DNA of 64,000 nucleotides from Macrostomum lignano (GCA_002269645.1 NIVC01003520.1:29229-93228), one strand, 5' to 3'; positions 11,359 to 23,950 are shown, counted from the stretch's first letter. Notes: generated by a model from the sequence alone, not told the origin. Numbers and translations: made by a program.

Positions 11359-11856
11359 GAAACCAAGTCTCTGGGACGAATCCGGCCATGGCTCTGTGCG
11401 ACCAGCTGCATTGTTTGCTGCGTGTCAGTGTGCATCGGAGGCAGCTTGAGCGACGGCTTGAGCGATTCTAGCGTAATAAGAAGCTGCAACCGCAGCAGCA
11501 GGTTGAATGTCGTGCATCAACGCCTCTGGATAAAAGAAGAATCATGGAACGAATATCATCTTAGAATATGCTTTAATGAAATATTCAACTCAGGTTCCTG
11601 GGACATGATCCGCAGGAACTGCATTAAAAATTCTCATTATCACGTACACGGCGGCTGGGTCAAAGCCTTCTCTAGCAGCCAAGAGTTCTACGTGCTAGGT
11701 GGCAGTGAGATCATCTTTAATATGGTCACCGGCTTCAAGGTGGATGATAATTACAGCGAAATGTTCGAGGCCAAACTAGGCCTGACAATAGTTCAAAGAG
11801 ATTTCTTTCGCTACGAGTTGATTCTTTTAGATGCGGGGTTTTGCCGGCCCGGCTGA
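11359..11856 (+). CDS. Small secreted protein of unrecognised family, paralog 3 (main coding exon; start-codon exon not located)
   Basis: Phase-0 acceptor CTTTCTCGGGCAG, then ETKSLGRIRPWLCATSCIVCCVSVCIG (signal-like)..CNRSSRLNVVHQR..FNEIFNSGSWDMIR..KLG..YE..C. No in-frame ATG before the hydrophobic segment. Confidence 0.7.
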   Translation, partial: ETKSLGRIRPWLCATSCIVCCVSVCIGGSLSDGLSDSSVIRSCNRSSRLNVVHQRLWIKEESWNEYHLRICFNEIFNSGSWDMIRRNCIKNSHYHVHGGWVKAFSSSQEFYVLGGSEIIFNMVTGFKVDDNYSEMFEAKLGLTIVQRDFFRYELILLDAGFCRPG

Positions 11857-12230
11857 TGCACGGCTTCAGTTTCTGACTTTAAATTGGTTGTTTAACTGGA
11901 CTATAGCTTAAAAATTACACTTGCAAAAAATTACAACATTCGATGCTTGCAATATTGATTTGGAGTGCACGCTCACTAGCTTGTACGAGTAGTATCAAAA
12001 TAATAGCCGCTCCCTACCAAGTATTGCAATTGACGTAGATTTCTGGCTTTTATTATCAAAGAGTAACTGCCCAATCAGACTATTGAAGGACAAACTGTGA
12101 CATCCGAATACGAATAGAATACGCGTAGGCCACGTCAACCTGTCCGATTAGCGTCCAAGTTTCGGCGCTATAAAGCAGCTAGCTGTAAAGACCGCCTCGA
12201 TCGCCGCCTATAGAACAACAATTAGGTATA

Positions 12231-15200
12231 AACAACAACAGAACAACAGAATACGCAGTTAGCGTCACATGGCGCGCTTCAAGGCCAGGTCGCGAATGAA
12301 CGCCACGCCGCCGGCCGAATCCGGGGAGCCGGCGTCAGCCAGCAGGCAGTCGACGAAACGCCGAGTGCGCGCCTGCCCCCGCCGGTAGGGTGCCTGCAGC
12401 GTTAGCAGCAGCACCTCCTGCACCGGCTCTGGGCAGTACGACTCGGCGCGGATGATGTGGCCTGCCAGCTGGAGTCGCCGACGGCGCAACAGGTCGCTTG
12501 GACGGACCAGGCCGGCGCGGCGATACAAAGCCGCGTTGGTCACTCGCTCGTAGCCGATCTTGAAGGCGGCGCGCAGCAGGCCAGCGTGCGCCGCGTCAAC
12601 TTGCTGCTCGAGCGACTCCGTCAGCGTCCATGTCTCGGCGTTGTACAGCAGGACGGTCTCGATCACCGCCTGGAACAACGCCGCCCTCTGGAGGCAAGCC
12701 CGCGGCGATGCCGCAGATCCTCGCGGACGCCGGGAACCAGACCGCCGAGGTAGACGAACTGCTGACAACGCGGAAGCTCTGTCGCCTGTCCATCAGCGCC
12801 TCGGCATAAAATTACAGCCTCGATGTCGTCCGGCACGCAGAGCACGACGGTTTTCTGCGTGTTGACCACCAGGCTGACACTCGCCGCAACAGCAACTAGC
12901 TTGTCCAGTTGTCGCTGGGCGCCCTTGACAGTTGAGGACAGCAGGGCGAGGTCGTCGGCGTAGCCAAGCACGCTGAGTTGCCTCTCCAGTTGACGTCGAC
13001 CCACGCGTCGCCGCAACAGAAAGCCGTCGTCGTTGGTAGAAAGAGCGGTCTGCAGCACCCAGTCAAGCACCAGAACGAACAGGAACGGCGCAAGCGTATC
13101 TCCCTGAAGCACCCCGGAGGATGTCTCAAAGAAGTCCGATAGGCCGTCCGGTGTTGCAACAGCAGCTTTCGTCTCACGGTACATTGCCATGATGGCGGAA
13201 ATTAGCTGCTCTGGCACGTTGCACGCACGGAGCACCTTTGGGAGCACAGACCTGACGACCGAGTCGAATGCCTTCTTGAAATCTATGAAGATAACAATCA
13301 GGATCGACTGGCGTATCCGTGCTTTCTCGATGACTCACCGAAGAGCCAGGATCTGCGTTACTGTGCCGCGATGGGGCCGGAACCCGTTCTGCTCAGGACG
13401 CAGGTACGGATCCAACACAGGCTGAAACCGCGATAACAGCATCCGGTTGAACAGCTTCGCAGCGCAGGACTGAAGGCAGATACCTCGATGCTCCTCAAGC
13501 CTCGTGGTGCCCGGCTTCTTAGGAACTGCGACGATGTGCGCCGTGGTCCATTCGTTGGGTGCCTCCACACCGAAGAGCACGCGATTCATCACTCTGGCGA
13601 CCTCACTGGCCACACAGTGGATGCGCAGCGCCTCGATCGGCACCTCGTCCGGACCCAGCGCTTTCCCGCCCGGTGACTGTTGGGCGAGCCTCACAACGTC
13701 GGCTGTGCTGACTGGTGCTAGGCTGAAGCTCTCCTCTGCCGGCAACGGCATCTCCGGTGACAGCGTCAGACTGTCTGGCAGCGGCGGTGGCGGCGCGTTG
13801 ACAATGGCAGCGAATAACTCACGCAGCTCGTTCCTGCGCTCGTCCGCAGAGTCGTCTGCCAGGTTTAGAGGAATGCACCGAGCATTGATAGCCAACCAGG
13901 CCACACGGCCTCTGGCATCGGGCCCAGCGGCAGAGACGGCCCGTATGGCGTAATCAACAGCAGCCTGCTGGCGCTGCAGATAGACAGCCGCCAAGGCCTC
14001 CTCTGCCTCGCGTGTTGGTCGCCTGCTCAAACAGAGTCTCTCTAGCTCTTCCCTCGCTAGCCGAATCGCGGGGTCGTCTTGCCATACCGGCTGCTCCTTC
14101 TGGGCCGGTCGCATCAGCGGGACTGCTTGTTCCGCGGCGGCTCGAACTGCAGCGCACACCGCGTAATCGGCACCTCCACGCTTGCCGCCGAGCGCAGTGA
14201 TGAAAGCGCTAGCAAAGCGGCTGTGCGTGTTGGCGTCCCTGAGCGCGCGGTAGTGGCCGCTTTGGCGAACGGTAAAGCGGATCGCGAAGAAGAAGGTCGC
14301 AGACGAGGAGTCGATGATCGGACCGCAGAGCCAGCGGCATGATGGCGCGGCAATTGACGACGCGGCGGCGCTCGTGGAAGCGTACCAGCACATGATCGAG
14401 CTGTGCCTGCCTCCGTGTTGCGTTCCGGCCGCGCGCATTCCTCCGCCTCCGCTTGCAGCCCACGAGGGTCGCGAGCCTGCGGGGGAGCTTGCGGAAGCAG
14501 TTGTTGGCCAACACCATGTCCTGCCTCTCTAGGAAGCCTCCAGCGCTCCGGTGTTGCCGTTCTCACGAGGTGTGACGTACAGTGACCACTCGGACCTACA
14601 CAAAACCGCGTTTAGGTCTCCGAGGATTATCACTGTGTCACGCTGCGCTGTTGCCTCACCTGTACCGAGAGCTGCTCAAAGAATTCTTGAGCCTCGTCAG
14701 GTCGGGTGGCAGGAGACGCGTACGCGCAGAACAGACGAGCGTTCCGGCCGCGAAGCCGAACGTCGACCCGGAGCAGCCGAGGGGACAGAGAGACGCAGCG
14801 ACAGCTCTGCTGCAGCCTCGGTCCGACCAGCGCTCCAACTCCTCCACGGCCTCGTTGGTCCGCCGATGTGTAGTAGAGGGTCCATCCGGCGCCCAGATCC
14901 TCACAGTGAAGCCCCGGATCAGCCTTGATAGACACCTGCAGTGCGATGACGTCACAGCTTAGGTCGTGCGCTAGTTTTGCCAGAGCCCCTCTCCGCCAGG
15001 CGGCCTTGAGCGTGCCGCAGTTCAGCGTCCCGACCCGAAGCGTGCCCTGTGGTACGGCTGGGGCTCGATGTACATGTAGATTAGCCTCTCAGTCCCTGGC
15101 GCCACCCAGAAGATCCGTATGGGCCAGCGCAGCAGCTCGGCGGACAGCACCACGTCGCCGACCGCGCCGATTTCGCTCACGGCGACGCTCAACACCCCGA

Positions 15201-15318
15201 CGCTCGCTCCGCTGCCCTCGATTGGTCCTGCCGCTTTTGGCCGCCGCAGCAGTTAAGCGCGGCTCACCGCCCTGACCACTTGGAGGTAGCGGCATTTACT
15301 TTGCACCAAGGTGCAAAT
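12231..15318 (-). mobile_element. Full-length (~3.1 kb) RTE-like non-LTR retrotransposon (APE endonuclease + RT) with disrupted ORF
   Basis: 11-bp TSD AATTAGGTATA at 12220-12230 and 15319-15329. APE motifs VGTLNCGTL, DVIALQ, GDLNA and LDHVLV. RT motifs RGICLQS, EQNGFRPHR, GVLQGDTLAPFLF and YADDL. Stop at 12265, then a short TTG/TTCTG tail. Several frameshifts. Confidence 0.92.
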
Positions 15319-15394
15319 AATTAGGTATAGCTGGCCTCGGACTGCGCAAGGATCTGTCCTCACAGAAGGTTGGGTAATCTCAGGCATACCCAAT

Positions 15395-15475
15395 GCAGAA
15401 CACCGCAAGTCCTCGATCACGGACGTCAGGAATCAGACCACCGAGCAGACGAACTGCTGACAGCAAGCCAAAGTC
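15395..15475 (-). mobile_element. Short, older fragment of a related RTE-like element
   Basis: GATCACGGACGTCAGGAATCAGACCACCGAGCAGACGAACTGCTGACA resembles 12717-12768 (GATCCTCGCGGACGCCGGGAACCAGACCGCCGAGGTAGACGAACTGCTGACA). Confidence 0.6.
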
Positions 15476-17117
15476 AATAAAAATCCAATATGAATGGATA
15501 TAGTTTATTTATTCTAGCTACACAAAGAGAACTAATCATATCCGCATGCAAAAAAGAGACGTCGCTTATACCGAGCGATCTCAAGTTCCTAAAACGTAAC
15601 CTGATGTGCGTATACTGTATTTTGGTCCAAAGTTAATTTAAACTCTGTAGATGTGTGCCTTTGTTTGATATCCTGCATGTGCGTACTAACATGTATATGC
15701 ATACATGTACCGTAAACTTTCTAGTATTAAAAGCGTCGCGTTTTTATGAAGCTTTCAGTATAGGATCTCCCGTATGATTGTTTAGGCATGCAAAGGGTGC
15801 CAAATTCCAGTTTTGCCTGTCTCTCCGTCGGGTTTCTTAGTCAGAAATTTTAGTGTGTCGTCTATGGCCCAACCTATCGTTATTCTATGGGCTTTTAACC
15901 TTATAGATGCAAGGACAACTTAATCACTTAGGATGGGAGTCCCACACGATTCATCATAGAAAAGTATGAGGCTCGCTCGTTTAAAAGCATTGTAGGCCCC
16001 ATTGTAGGCCAAGCCTACTTGAATTGAGATGGCAATTTAATACAAGATGTAATATATTATGCAGCTTCTATTGTTGCCAGACTTCCGTCCTGATTAATTA
16101 AGTTGTCCTTGTTTAGATGCCCATTTTCTAACTTAGCATATGCAGAGTATATAATTTTGCTGTCTATATAGCTTAAACATGCGAAATGTTTTGCAAACAG
16201 TAATCATCGCGTGATTCGATTCGTGTGATTAGGACAGCAAAACTCAGATAGAGCGTGGATGTCTATATTTGGCGAGATAGCGCGGGATAAAGTGGAGGGA
16301 GCCACACGTACTGTACCTATACATGTACATGTACTTATTTGGAGAGACACGTCATCCATGGCATTTCTTCGCATCTAAATAAGGATCATCAGCCTCCATT
16401 CAACTGCAGTCAACCCTCAGGAAGTGGAGATGCAAATTCTCGCTGCACTTCTGGACTGGACAGCTAGCTGCCTCTTGACCGTTTGAAGGCACTGTGGGCC
16501 AGTTGACAGGGTTTAGGAAAGGCGAGTATACATTGTAATAAGGAGGCAAATGCTAATGCAACCAACGACTAGTTGGGCACCTACCACTATATGCATAGCT
16601 GAAATTCTCACGAGAACCATCCAGCAAAACGACGCACGACTGATTCTCTTCCATGCATATTTGCAGCAACCTGCCATGCTCACACAGCGCATGTACGTGC
16701 TCACAAATTCCTGGACTCTTTGCGTGTTAATAGTAGCATCGAGACTATAGCCTGTATAGTGAGAGGTTCATCGAAGGCGAATGCGGCTAATGATAAGATT
16801 CAGTGATGGACTTACCTGGGTGTGCATCTCACTCAAGCTCCGCGCAGCTGCATGACTCCTTTACTGCGCCGAGTCTAGATGCAGTCTCATCCAGATGGAC
16901 CAAAGTGAGTCGCATCTGGCCAATTTACCGTCCAAATTAGCTAACTCAACTCTTTTGCTTGACGTCAAGAGAATTTCGAGCTTCAGCTAGAACGCCAGCG
17001 TCTCTAGACAGAAGTTTCGTAGAGAAAATTTGTCTAAGCGTTCGAGAAACTTGTCGAGATTTCAATGTTTTTAATTACTCCGGAAAATCTGCCGGAATTG
17101 CGAGTTTCTCCCATTTT

Positions 17118-17377
17118 GGGCCTTTTCATATTGCTTGTTTTGGTTCCAGAACCAGAACCAATTTGTGAAGTATAACTTTTTGTCTCCATAACTAGAGGGA
17201 GATACGTGCTATAAAGTTTTTATTATTGAATGACAATCGCCAAGAAGAAAGTGAAAAATTGTGCTAAGTTAGGTTGTTAAGGCAGTCAAATATTAACAGA
17301 GTTTAATAGTTATACTGCTGTTTTTCTTGGAATTCCGAACCGATTCTGGTTCTGGAATTGGTAATATGAAAAGGCCC
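17118..17377. mobile_element. 260-bp MITE-like element with terminal inverted repeats and a 3-bp TSD (TTT)
   Basis: GGGCCTTTTCATATT...TTCCAGAACCAGAA at the left end and TTCTGGTTCTGGAA...AATATGAAAAGGCCC at the right end, flanked by TTT on both sides. Confidence 0.7.
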
Positions 17378-17645
17378 TTTGACAGAGGCTGTCGTAGGGT
17401 TCGCATTTAACTTTACGAGCAAGCTAGTGCTCCTTCATGGTCAGTCAATGATGTCTTGCTCATCTCCTTGATAGTGCGTACCGTTTTCCATACTGAATAC
17501 ATTGTTCCCAAATATTGTACACAGATGTTCTCTTGACATCCAACATTCTAGAAATCTCCTCCAAAAATAAAGAAAAGCAAAAATAATTCATAGATAAAGA
17601 AAAAACTTAAAAAATATTTATGTGGCCTTCATTTATTATTCATGG

Positions 17646-17835
17646 CATGGGTGGTGGGAGCTTGTGGCACCGGGGCACGTGCCCCCCCCCCCCCTAGAAA
17701 ATGAGTCCACGTGGTAATTTTTGTGTTTTTTTCTGATTTTAGGTCCTAATTAGCAGCTTATAAAGGTAGGCCTACCTGTGCCCCCCTTGCCCTATGCCCA
17801 GTGCCCCCTTCAAATATTAGGCTCCGCCACCCCTG
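17646..17835. mobile_element. Degenerate ~190-bp GC-ended TIR element (non-autonomous DNA transposon-like)
   Basis: CATGGGTGGTGGGAG versus CTCCGCCACCCCTG (reverse complement CAGGGGTGGCGGAG); internal GTGCCCCC motifs; lies in AT-rich flanks. Confidence 0.45.
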
Positions 17836-20371
17836 TTATTATTAGGTCAAGTCAGGATAATAGCCATAAGCCCTAGCCATGAGCATAACAAACAATGTTA
17901 TATTTTTTTATAAAAATGGCTTTTTTTAGAAAATTTGGCACCCAAAAATATAGATAGGTTGTATCATGCGCTTTCAAAAATACTACATCTTTTTACAAAA
18001 AAACCCTAGACGCTCTTTCAAATACCTTAATAATTTTATAAATATCGTAACTGGTAACTCGCATCATAACTCGTGTAAAAATTTAACCTTTTGAACAAAT
18101 ACTAAATACATCGGATTATACTGGCAAAACAGGCTCCTTAAGCCTGAGCCAAATTTAGGCCTACTACTACTACTTTAGGCCCTACTAAAGGCTTTTTAAG
18201 TAAGTAAGTTTAGTAAGTTTTAGCAGAAGTAAGTTATAAAATAAGTGAGTTTTGGCATAAAAAGTAATTGTAAAATGCAAATCTAATATAATATAATAAT
18301 GAATAGTTTTTTAGCTGAATTTAGGCAATATCTTCAGGCTTTGATGCACTATACACTTAACTTTGCAGAAACTTTGCAGCCCCAAAAATGGCATTCAATT
18401 AAATTTTCTATGATGATTAATAATTAGGCCTATTCTCATTTGGCCATTGTTATTTGTTTGGTGACCAGATAAATAGCATTTTTGCTATTTGTCCAGTTAA
18501 ATTGCTAACACATGTATCTATTTGTTTCGTGATTAGGCCTAATATTCTAGATTTTTAAGACCTTTTCTTGTATACCAAATAATATTTTCTTGTATAGTAG
18601 TGTAAGCAAAGCAATGTATTCAATTTGGCATAATTTGGTATATAAGACACACACTAGTATAACAACATAATAATCAAGATATGATTAAGAAATCTTTGAA
18701 GTCTATGAATATTTATTCTTGTAGTTTTTATAAAATAGATATTTAAGCATTATCTAGTAACTAGACAAATAGGTCTAACCACATCACTATTGGTCCAGTT
18801 ACCAAACAAATAACAATTGCCTTCTTATTTTGTTCTTGATTTGTTTTGTGTTTATAAATTTTTTGTTCAATCCAACCAACCAACCAATCAATCTAACCAA
18901 TCCAACCAACTGAAAAACAAGACAATTTAAAGACAATTAAAATTATTGCTTAACAATTCCTTGCAAGTTTTCTAATAAGGACCACTAGCAGTAGGCCTAT
19001 ATTTATTATAATGCTATACTTATGATTTGTAGGAAATTTTTGGAGGGTATTTCTTAATTTCAATGTTTGTACCAGACAAATGCATATATTCTAGCAATGT
19101 TTTATGACTGTTTACTCTTCTCCTTTGAGGCTATACTTATATTTTTCAATTGTAAAAGGCACTAATCAAATTATTTAATGTCTTATGCATTTGTCTATCT
19201 ATCAAATTGTAGCCATTTATTATACTGGTAGCTATCCTAACCTTTTTCTTAATTATTAACTGTTATTTCAAAGGCTGCTAGAAGATTATCTTTGATTCTA
19301 AATGAGTTAGCAGTATAAAAGTATGCTTATACTACTATAAGTGCTGTAGTAAAAGCATTTGTAAAGCTACAAGAATGACCCACATAAACTAAGTTAGCTG
19401 AAATATTCTACATACCTACATTCTACATATTGACATACCTATTGACCAAAAATTATCTCTATATATACTTCTAAACAGTCAGAATCAACATTAGAAAATT
19501 GGCCTCCAAATCTTTTTTTTGCAAATCACAAATGTAGCATCTTGATATATTGCAAATCATTATTTTCTAAAAGTTTTTATTAATTCATTCAAATTTTGGA
19601 TGCAAAAAATAACTATTTTATTTAGTTTAACAATAACCACATGTTTAAGCACTTTGTAATTGGTAGTTCTTTAAAATTAGAAAGGACCAGTGATGGAAGT
19701 ACCAGAAGTTATTTTTAAAAAAGCACTGGTACTGGAACAAGTACTAGAAGTAACTTTCCTTGAAACCAAAAGGGTACTTAACTAGAAGGTACATTTTCAT
19801 GGTAACTTGCCCAATACTTTCTATTATAAGAGGAAAAGGGAATTAACGGAATTGGTTAAAATAGTAAAAATTACAAAAAAAATCAATAGATAAGAGAACT
19901 TAAAAAGCTAAATTCATTTATTTCTATGACGATTTTGATAATAATTATCAATGAGTATAACTATTTAAAATGATCAATTTTCCTTAATTAAGATAAAAAC
20001 AAGTTAACAATTTTTATTTGTAGGGGTTTTTAATTTTGTTTTTACTTCATTTAAAATTTAAAAATATTTACAAAATTCATAAAAAATACTATAATAAATA
20101 CAACAAATTTTAGGGTCTACACAGGCTAAATATAATATATTAATTAATAGCTCCTAATTGTTTTTAATATATAAGATTTATTTTATATACATTAATGATC
20201 TAATTGGCTTATTTAGACATCTCATTTGGAATTGAAGCTCTTCTATATGATTTCTATATATTAGGCCCAATAGTAATGATTGAATCTGTCAATATAGATT
20301 CCTAGACCCTTTGCCTACAATAGCTTATAAAAAATATTTAACTATAATATGTTCATGATAAAGCTAACTCA

Positions 20372-22628
20372 ATGGCATCTGTAGTTCACTCTGATGAAGC
20401 AGTTTCTATTGAACAAAACACTGCTAATGTCAATTCTGGCAAACAATCCAAGCTGCCTAGTGACAGTCGCATTGAACTGGGTGACATCACTCAGCACAAT
20501 ATTAGGCAGTTGAGAATTATCAACCAGGTAGGTTAAATGCTTTGAATGCTACCGAGTGCTTGGATAATCATTCAGATTGCAGAGCGCCTAAATAATCAGA
20601 TTGTCAAGTGCTCGGATAAAATCATTAAAATTGCCGAGTGCCCGAATATCATTAAGATTGCTGAGTGCCTGGATAATCATTAAAATTGCCGAGTGCCTGG
20701 ATAATCATTAAGATTGCCGAGTGCCCGAATAATCATTAAGATTGCCGAGTGCCTGGATAATCATTAAAATTGCTGAGTGCCTAGATAATCATTAAAATTG
20801 CCGAGTTCCTAAATAATCATTAAGATTGCCGAGTGCCTGGATAATCATTAAAATTGCTGAGTGCCTAGATAATCATTAAAATTGCCGAGTTCCTAAATAA
20901 TCATTAAGATTGCCGAGTTCCTGGATAATCATTAAGATTGCCAAGTGCCTGGATAATCATTAAGATTGCCAAGTGCCTGGATAATCATTAAGATTGCCGA
21001 GTTCCTGGATAATCATTAAAATTGCCGAGTGCCTGGATAATCATTAATATTGCCGAGTGCCTGAATAATCATTAAAATTGCCGAGTTCCTAAATAATCAT
21101 TAAAATTGCCGAGTGCCTGGATAATAATTAAAATTGCCGAGTGCCTGGATAATCATTAAAATTGCCGAGTGCCTGGATAATCATTAAGATTGCCGAGTTC
21201 CTGGATAATCATTAAAATTGCCGAGTGCCTGGATAATCATTAATATTGCCGAGTGCCTGAATAATCATTAAAATTGCCGAGTTCCTAAATAATCATTAAA
21301 ATTGCCGAGTGCCTGGATAATAATTAAAATTGCCGAGTGCCTAGATAATCATTAAAATTGCCGAGTGCCTGGATAATCATTAAAATTGCCGAGTGCCTGG
21401 ATAATAATTAAAATTGCCAAGTGCCTGAATAATCATTAATATTGCCGAGTGCCTAGATAATCATTAAAATTGCTGAGTGCCTAGATAATCATTAAAATTG
21501 CCAAGTGCCTGAATAATCATTAAGATTGCCGAGTGCCTGGATAATCGTTAAAATTGCTGAGTGCCTGGATAATCATTAATATTGCCGAGTGCCTAGATAA
21601 TCATTAAAATTGCTGAGTGCCTAGATAATCATTAAAATTGCCAAGTGCCTGGATAATCATTAAAATTGCCGAGTGCATGGATAATCATTAAAATTGCCGA
21701 GTGCCTGGATAATCATTAATATTGCCGAGTGCCTGGATAATCATTAAAATTGCTGAGTGCCTAGATAATCATTAAGATTGCCGAGTGCCTAGATAATCAT
21801 TAAGATTGCCGAGTGCCTGGATAATCATTAAAATTGCCGAGTGCCTGGATAATCATTAATATTGCCGAGTGCCTGGATAATCATTAAAATTGCTGAGTGC
21901 CTAGATAATCATTAAAATTGCCAAGTGCCTGGATAATCATTAAAATTGCCGAGTGCATGGATAATCATTAAAATTGCCGAGTGCCTGGATAATCATTAAT
22001 ATTGCCGAGTGCCTGGATAATCATTAAAATTGCTGAGTGCCTAGATAATCATTAAAATTGCCAAGTGCCTGAATAATCATTAATATTGCCGAGTGCATGG
22101 ATAATCATTAAAATTGCCGAGTGCATGGATAATTATTAATATTTCCGAGTGCTTTAGCTAATTATCAGCGGAATCCTGTTACCATGGTAATGAGAAACTT
22201 GAGCAAATTCCAACACTCAAACCCAGGTTGTGTTCCCAGTTTCCTACACCGACAAATTCTACGACGACATTTTGGAGAACGGCGAACTGGGCCGACTGGC
22301 CTACTTCAACGATATCGTTGTCGGCGCAGTCTGCTGCCGCATCCAATCGGAGGCTGGGCAGCGCCGGCTGTACATCATGACGCTGGGCTGTCTGGCGCCC
22401 TACCGGGAGCTGGGCGTCGGCACTAAATTATTAGAATACGTGTTCGAAATCTGTTCGCGAGATAAAAATATTGACAATATATTTTTGCACGTGCAGACTA
22501 GCAACGAAGGCGCTCTGGCGTTCTATAAGAAATTCGGCTTTGAAATTGTCGATACGGCGTATAACTATTATAAGCGAATTGTGCCACCGGACGCCTACGT
22601 GCTGCAGAAGAATCTATTGCGCAGTTGA
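20372..22628 (+). CDS. NAA50: N-alpha-acetyltransferase 50 (NatE catalytic subunit, GNAT), 185 aa, 2 exons
   Basis: Exons 20372-20527 and 22227-22628 (phase 0). SRIELGDITQHNIRQLRIINQ|VVFPVSYTDKFY..LYIMTLGCLAPYR..LHVQTSNE..FYKKFGFEI..YYKRI matches remembered NAA50 motifs. Confidence 0.96.
20565..22150. repeat. Intronic minisatellite, 28-bp unit ATAATCATTAAAATTGCCGAGTGCCTGG
   Basis: Fills almost the whole NAA50 intron. Confidence 0.95.
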
Positions 22629-22903
22629 AGCCTTCGTTGATTTACGTCTCTGTTAGTTAATTATATATGGACTACTATTAAATTAGACTATTTATATTGT
22701 AACTGCGCTTAATCTGCTTTTTATAAACCTTTGTCATCCAGTTATTTTGAATGGTCCTTTTAAGTACAATATATTAACCTAATTAATAATACTTAAGCCT
22801 TTATAATACATAGGCTTTTATTATAGTACGAGTTTTGGTTACATTTTGACTTAATATTTGCTTCCTTCTGGGGGTTCTCGATTCTTTAGAGGGTATTTAA
22901 AAT

Positions 22904-23847
22904 GATAGGGGAATCCCCCATTTATCCGAATAGGTAGCTGTTATCTTTGATGATAGGGGAATTCCCCATTTATCCGAATGGGTAGTTGTTATCTTTGATG
23001 ATAGGGGAATTCCCCATTTATCCAAATAGGTAGCTGTTATCTTTGATGATAGGGGAATTCCCCATTTGTCCGAATAGGTAGCTGTTATCTTTGATGATAG
23101 GGGAATTCCCCATTTATCCGAATAGGTAGCTGTTATCTTTGATGATAGGGGAATTCCCCATTTATCCGAATGGGTAGCTGTTATCTTTGATGATAGGGGA
23201 ATTCCCCATTTATCCGAATAGGTAGCTGTTATCTTTGATGATAGGGGAATTCCCCATTTATCCGAATAGGTAGCTGTTATCTTTGATGATAGGGGCATTC
23301 CCCATTTATCCGAATAGGTAGCTGTTATCTTTGATGATAGGGGAATTCCTCATTTATCCGAATAGGTAGCTGTTATCTTTGATGATAGGGGAATTCCTCA
23401 TTTATCCGAATAGGTAGCTGTTATCTTTGATGATAGGGGAATTCCTCATTTATCCGAATAGGTAGCTGTTATCTTTGATGATAGGGGAATTCCCCATTTA
23501 TCCGAATAGGTAGCTGTTATCTTTGATGATAGGGGCATTCCCCATTTGTCCGAATAGGTAGCTGTTATCTTTGATGATAGGGGCATTCCCCATTTGTCCG
23601 AATAGGTAGCTGTTATCTTTGATGATAGGGGAATTCCCCATTTATCCGAATAGGTAGCTGTTATCTTTGATGATAGGGGAATTCCCCATTTATCCAAATA
23701 GGTAGCTGTTATCTTTGATGATAGGGGAATTCCCCATTTATCCGAATAGGTAGCTGTTATCTTTGATGATAGGGGAATTCCTCATTTATCCGAATAGGTA
23801 GCTGTTATCTTTGATGATAGGGGAGTTCCCCATTTATCCGAATAGGT
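22904..23847. repeat. 48-bp minisatellite containing the palindrome GGGGAATTCCCC
   Basis: About 19-20 units of GATAGGGGAATTCCCCATTTATCCGAATAGGTAGCTGTTATCTTTGAT between NAA50 and INTS2. Confidence 0.95.
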
Positions 23848-23950
23848 ATTTCCAACTGTTTGATAAGGGAAGTGCACTCTGATGTAAAACCATCTACAGA
23901 ATGTAAAAAAGGCATTCGGCTCTTTTCTTTTGTTACAGCGGGCAATTATT

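Noticed and set aside
16513-16920. Hydrophobic minus-strand ORF and nearby GTAAGT donor as a membrane-protein gene
   Set aside because: The donor and acceptor phases could not be joined without a stop, and there is no recognisable homology.
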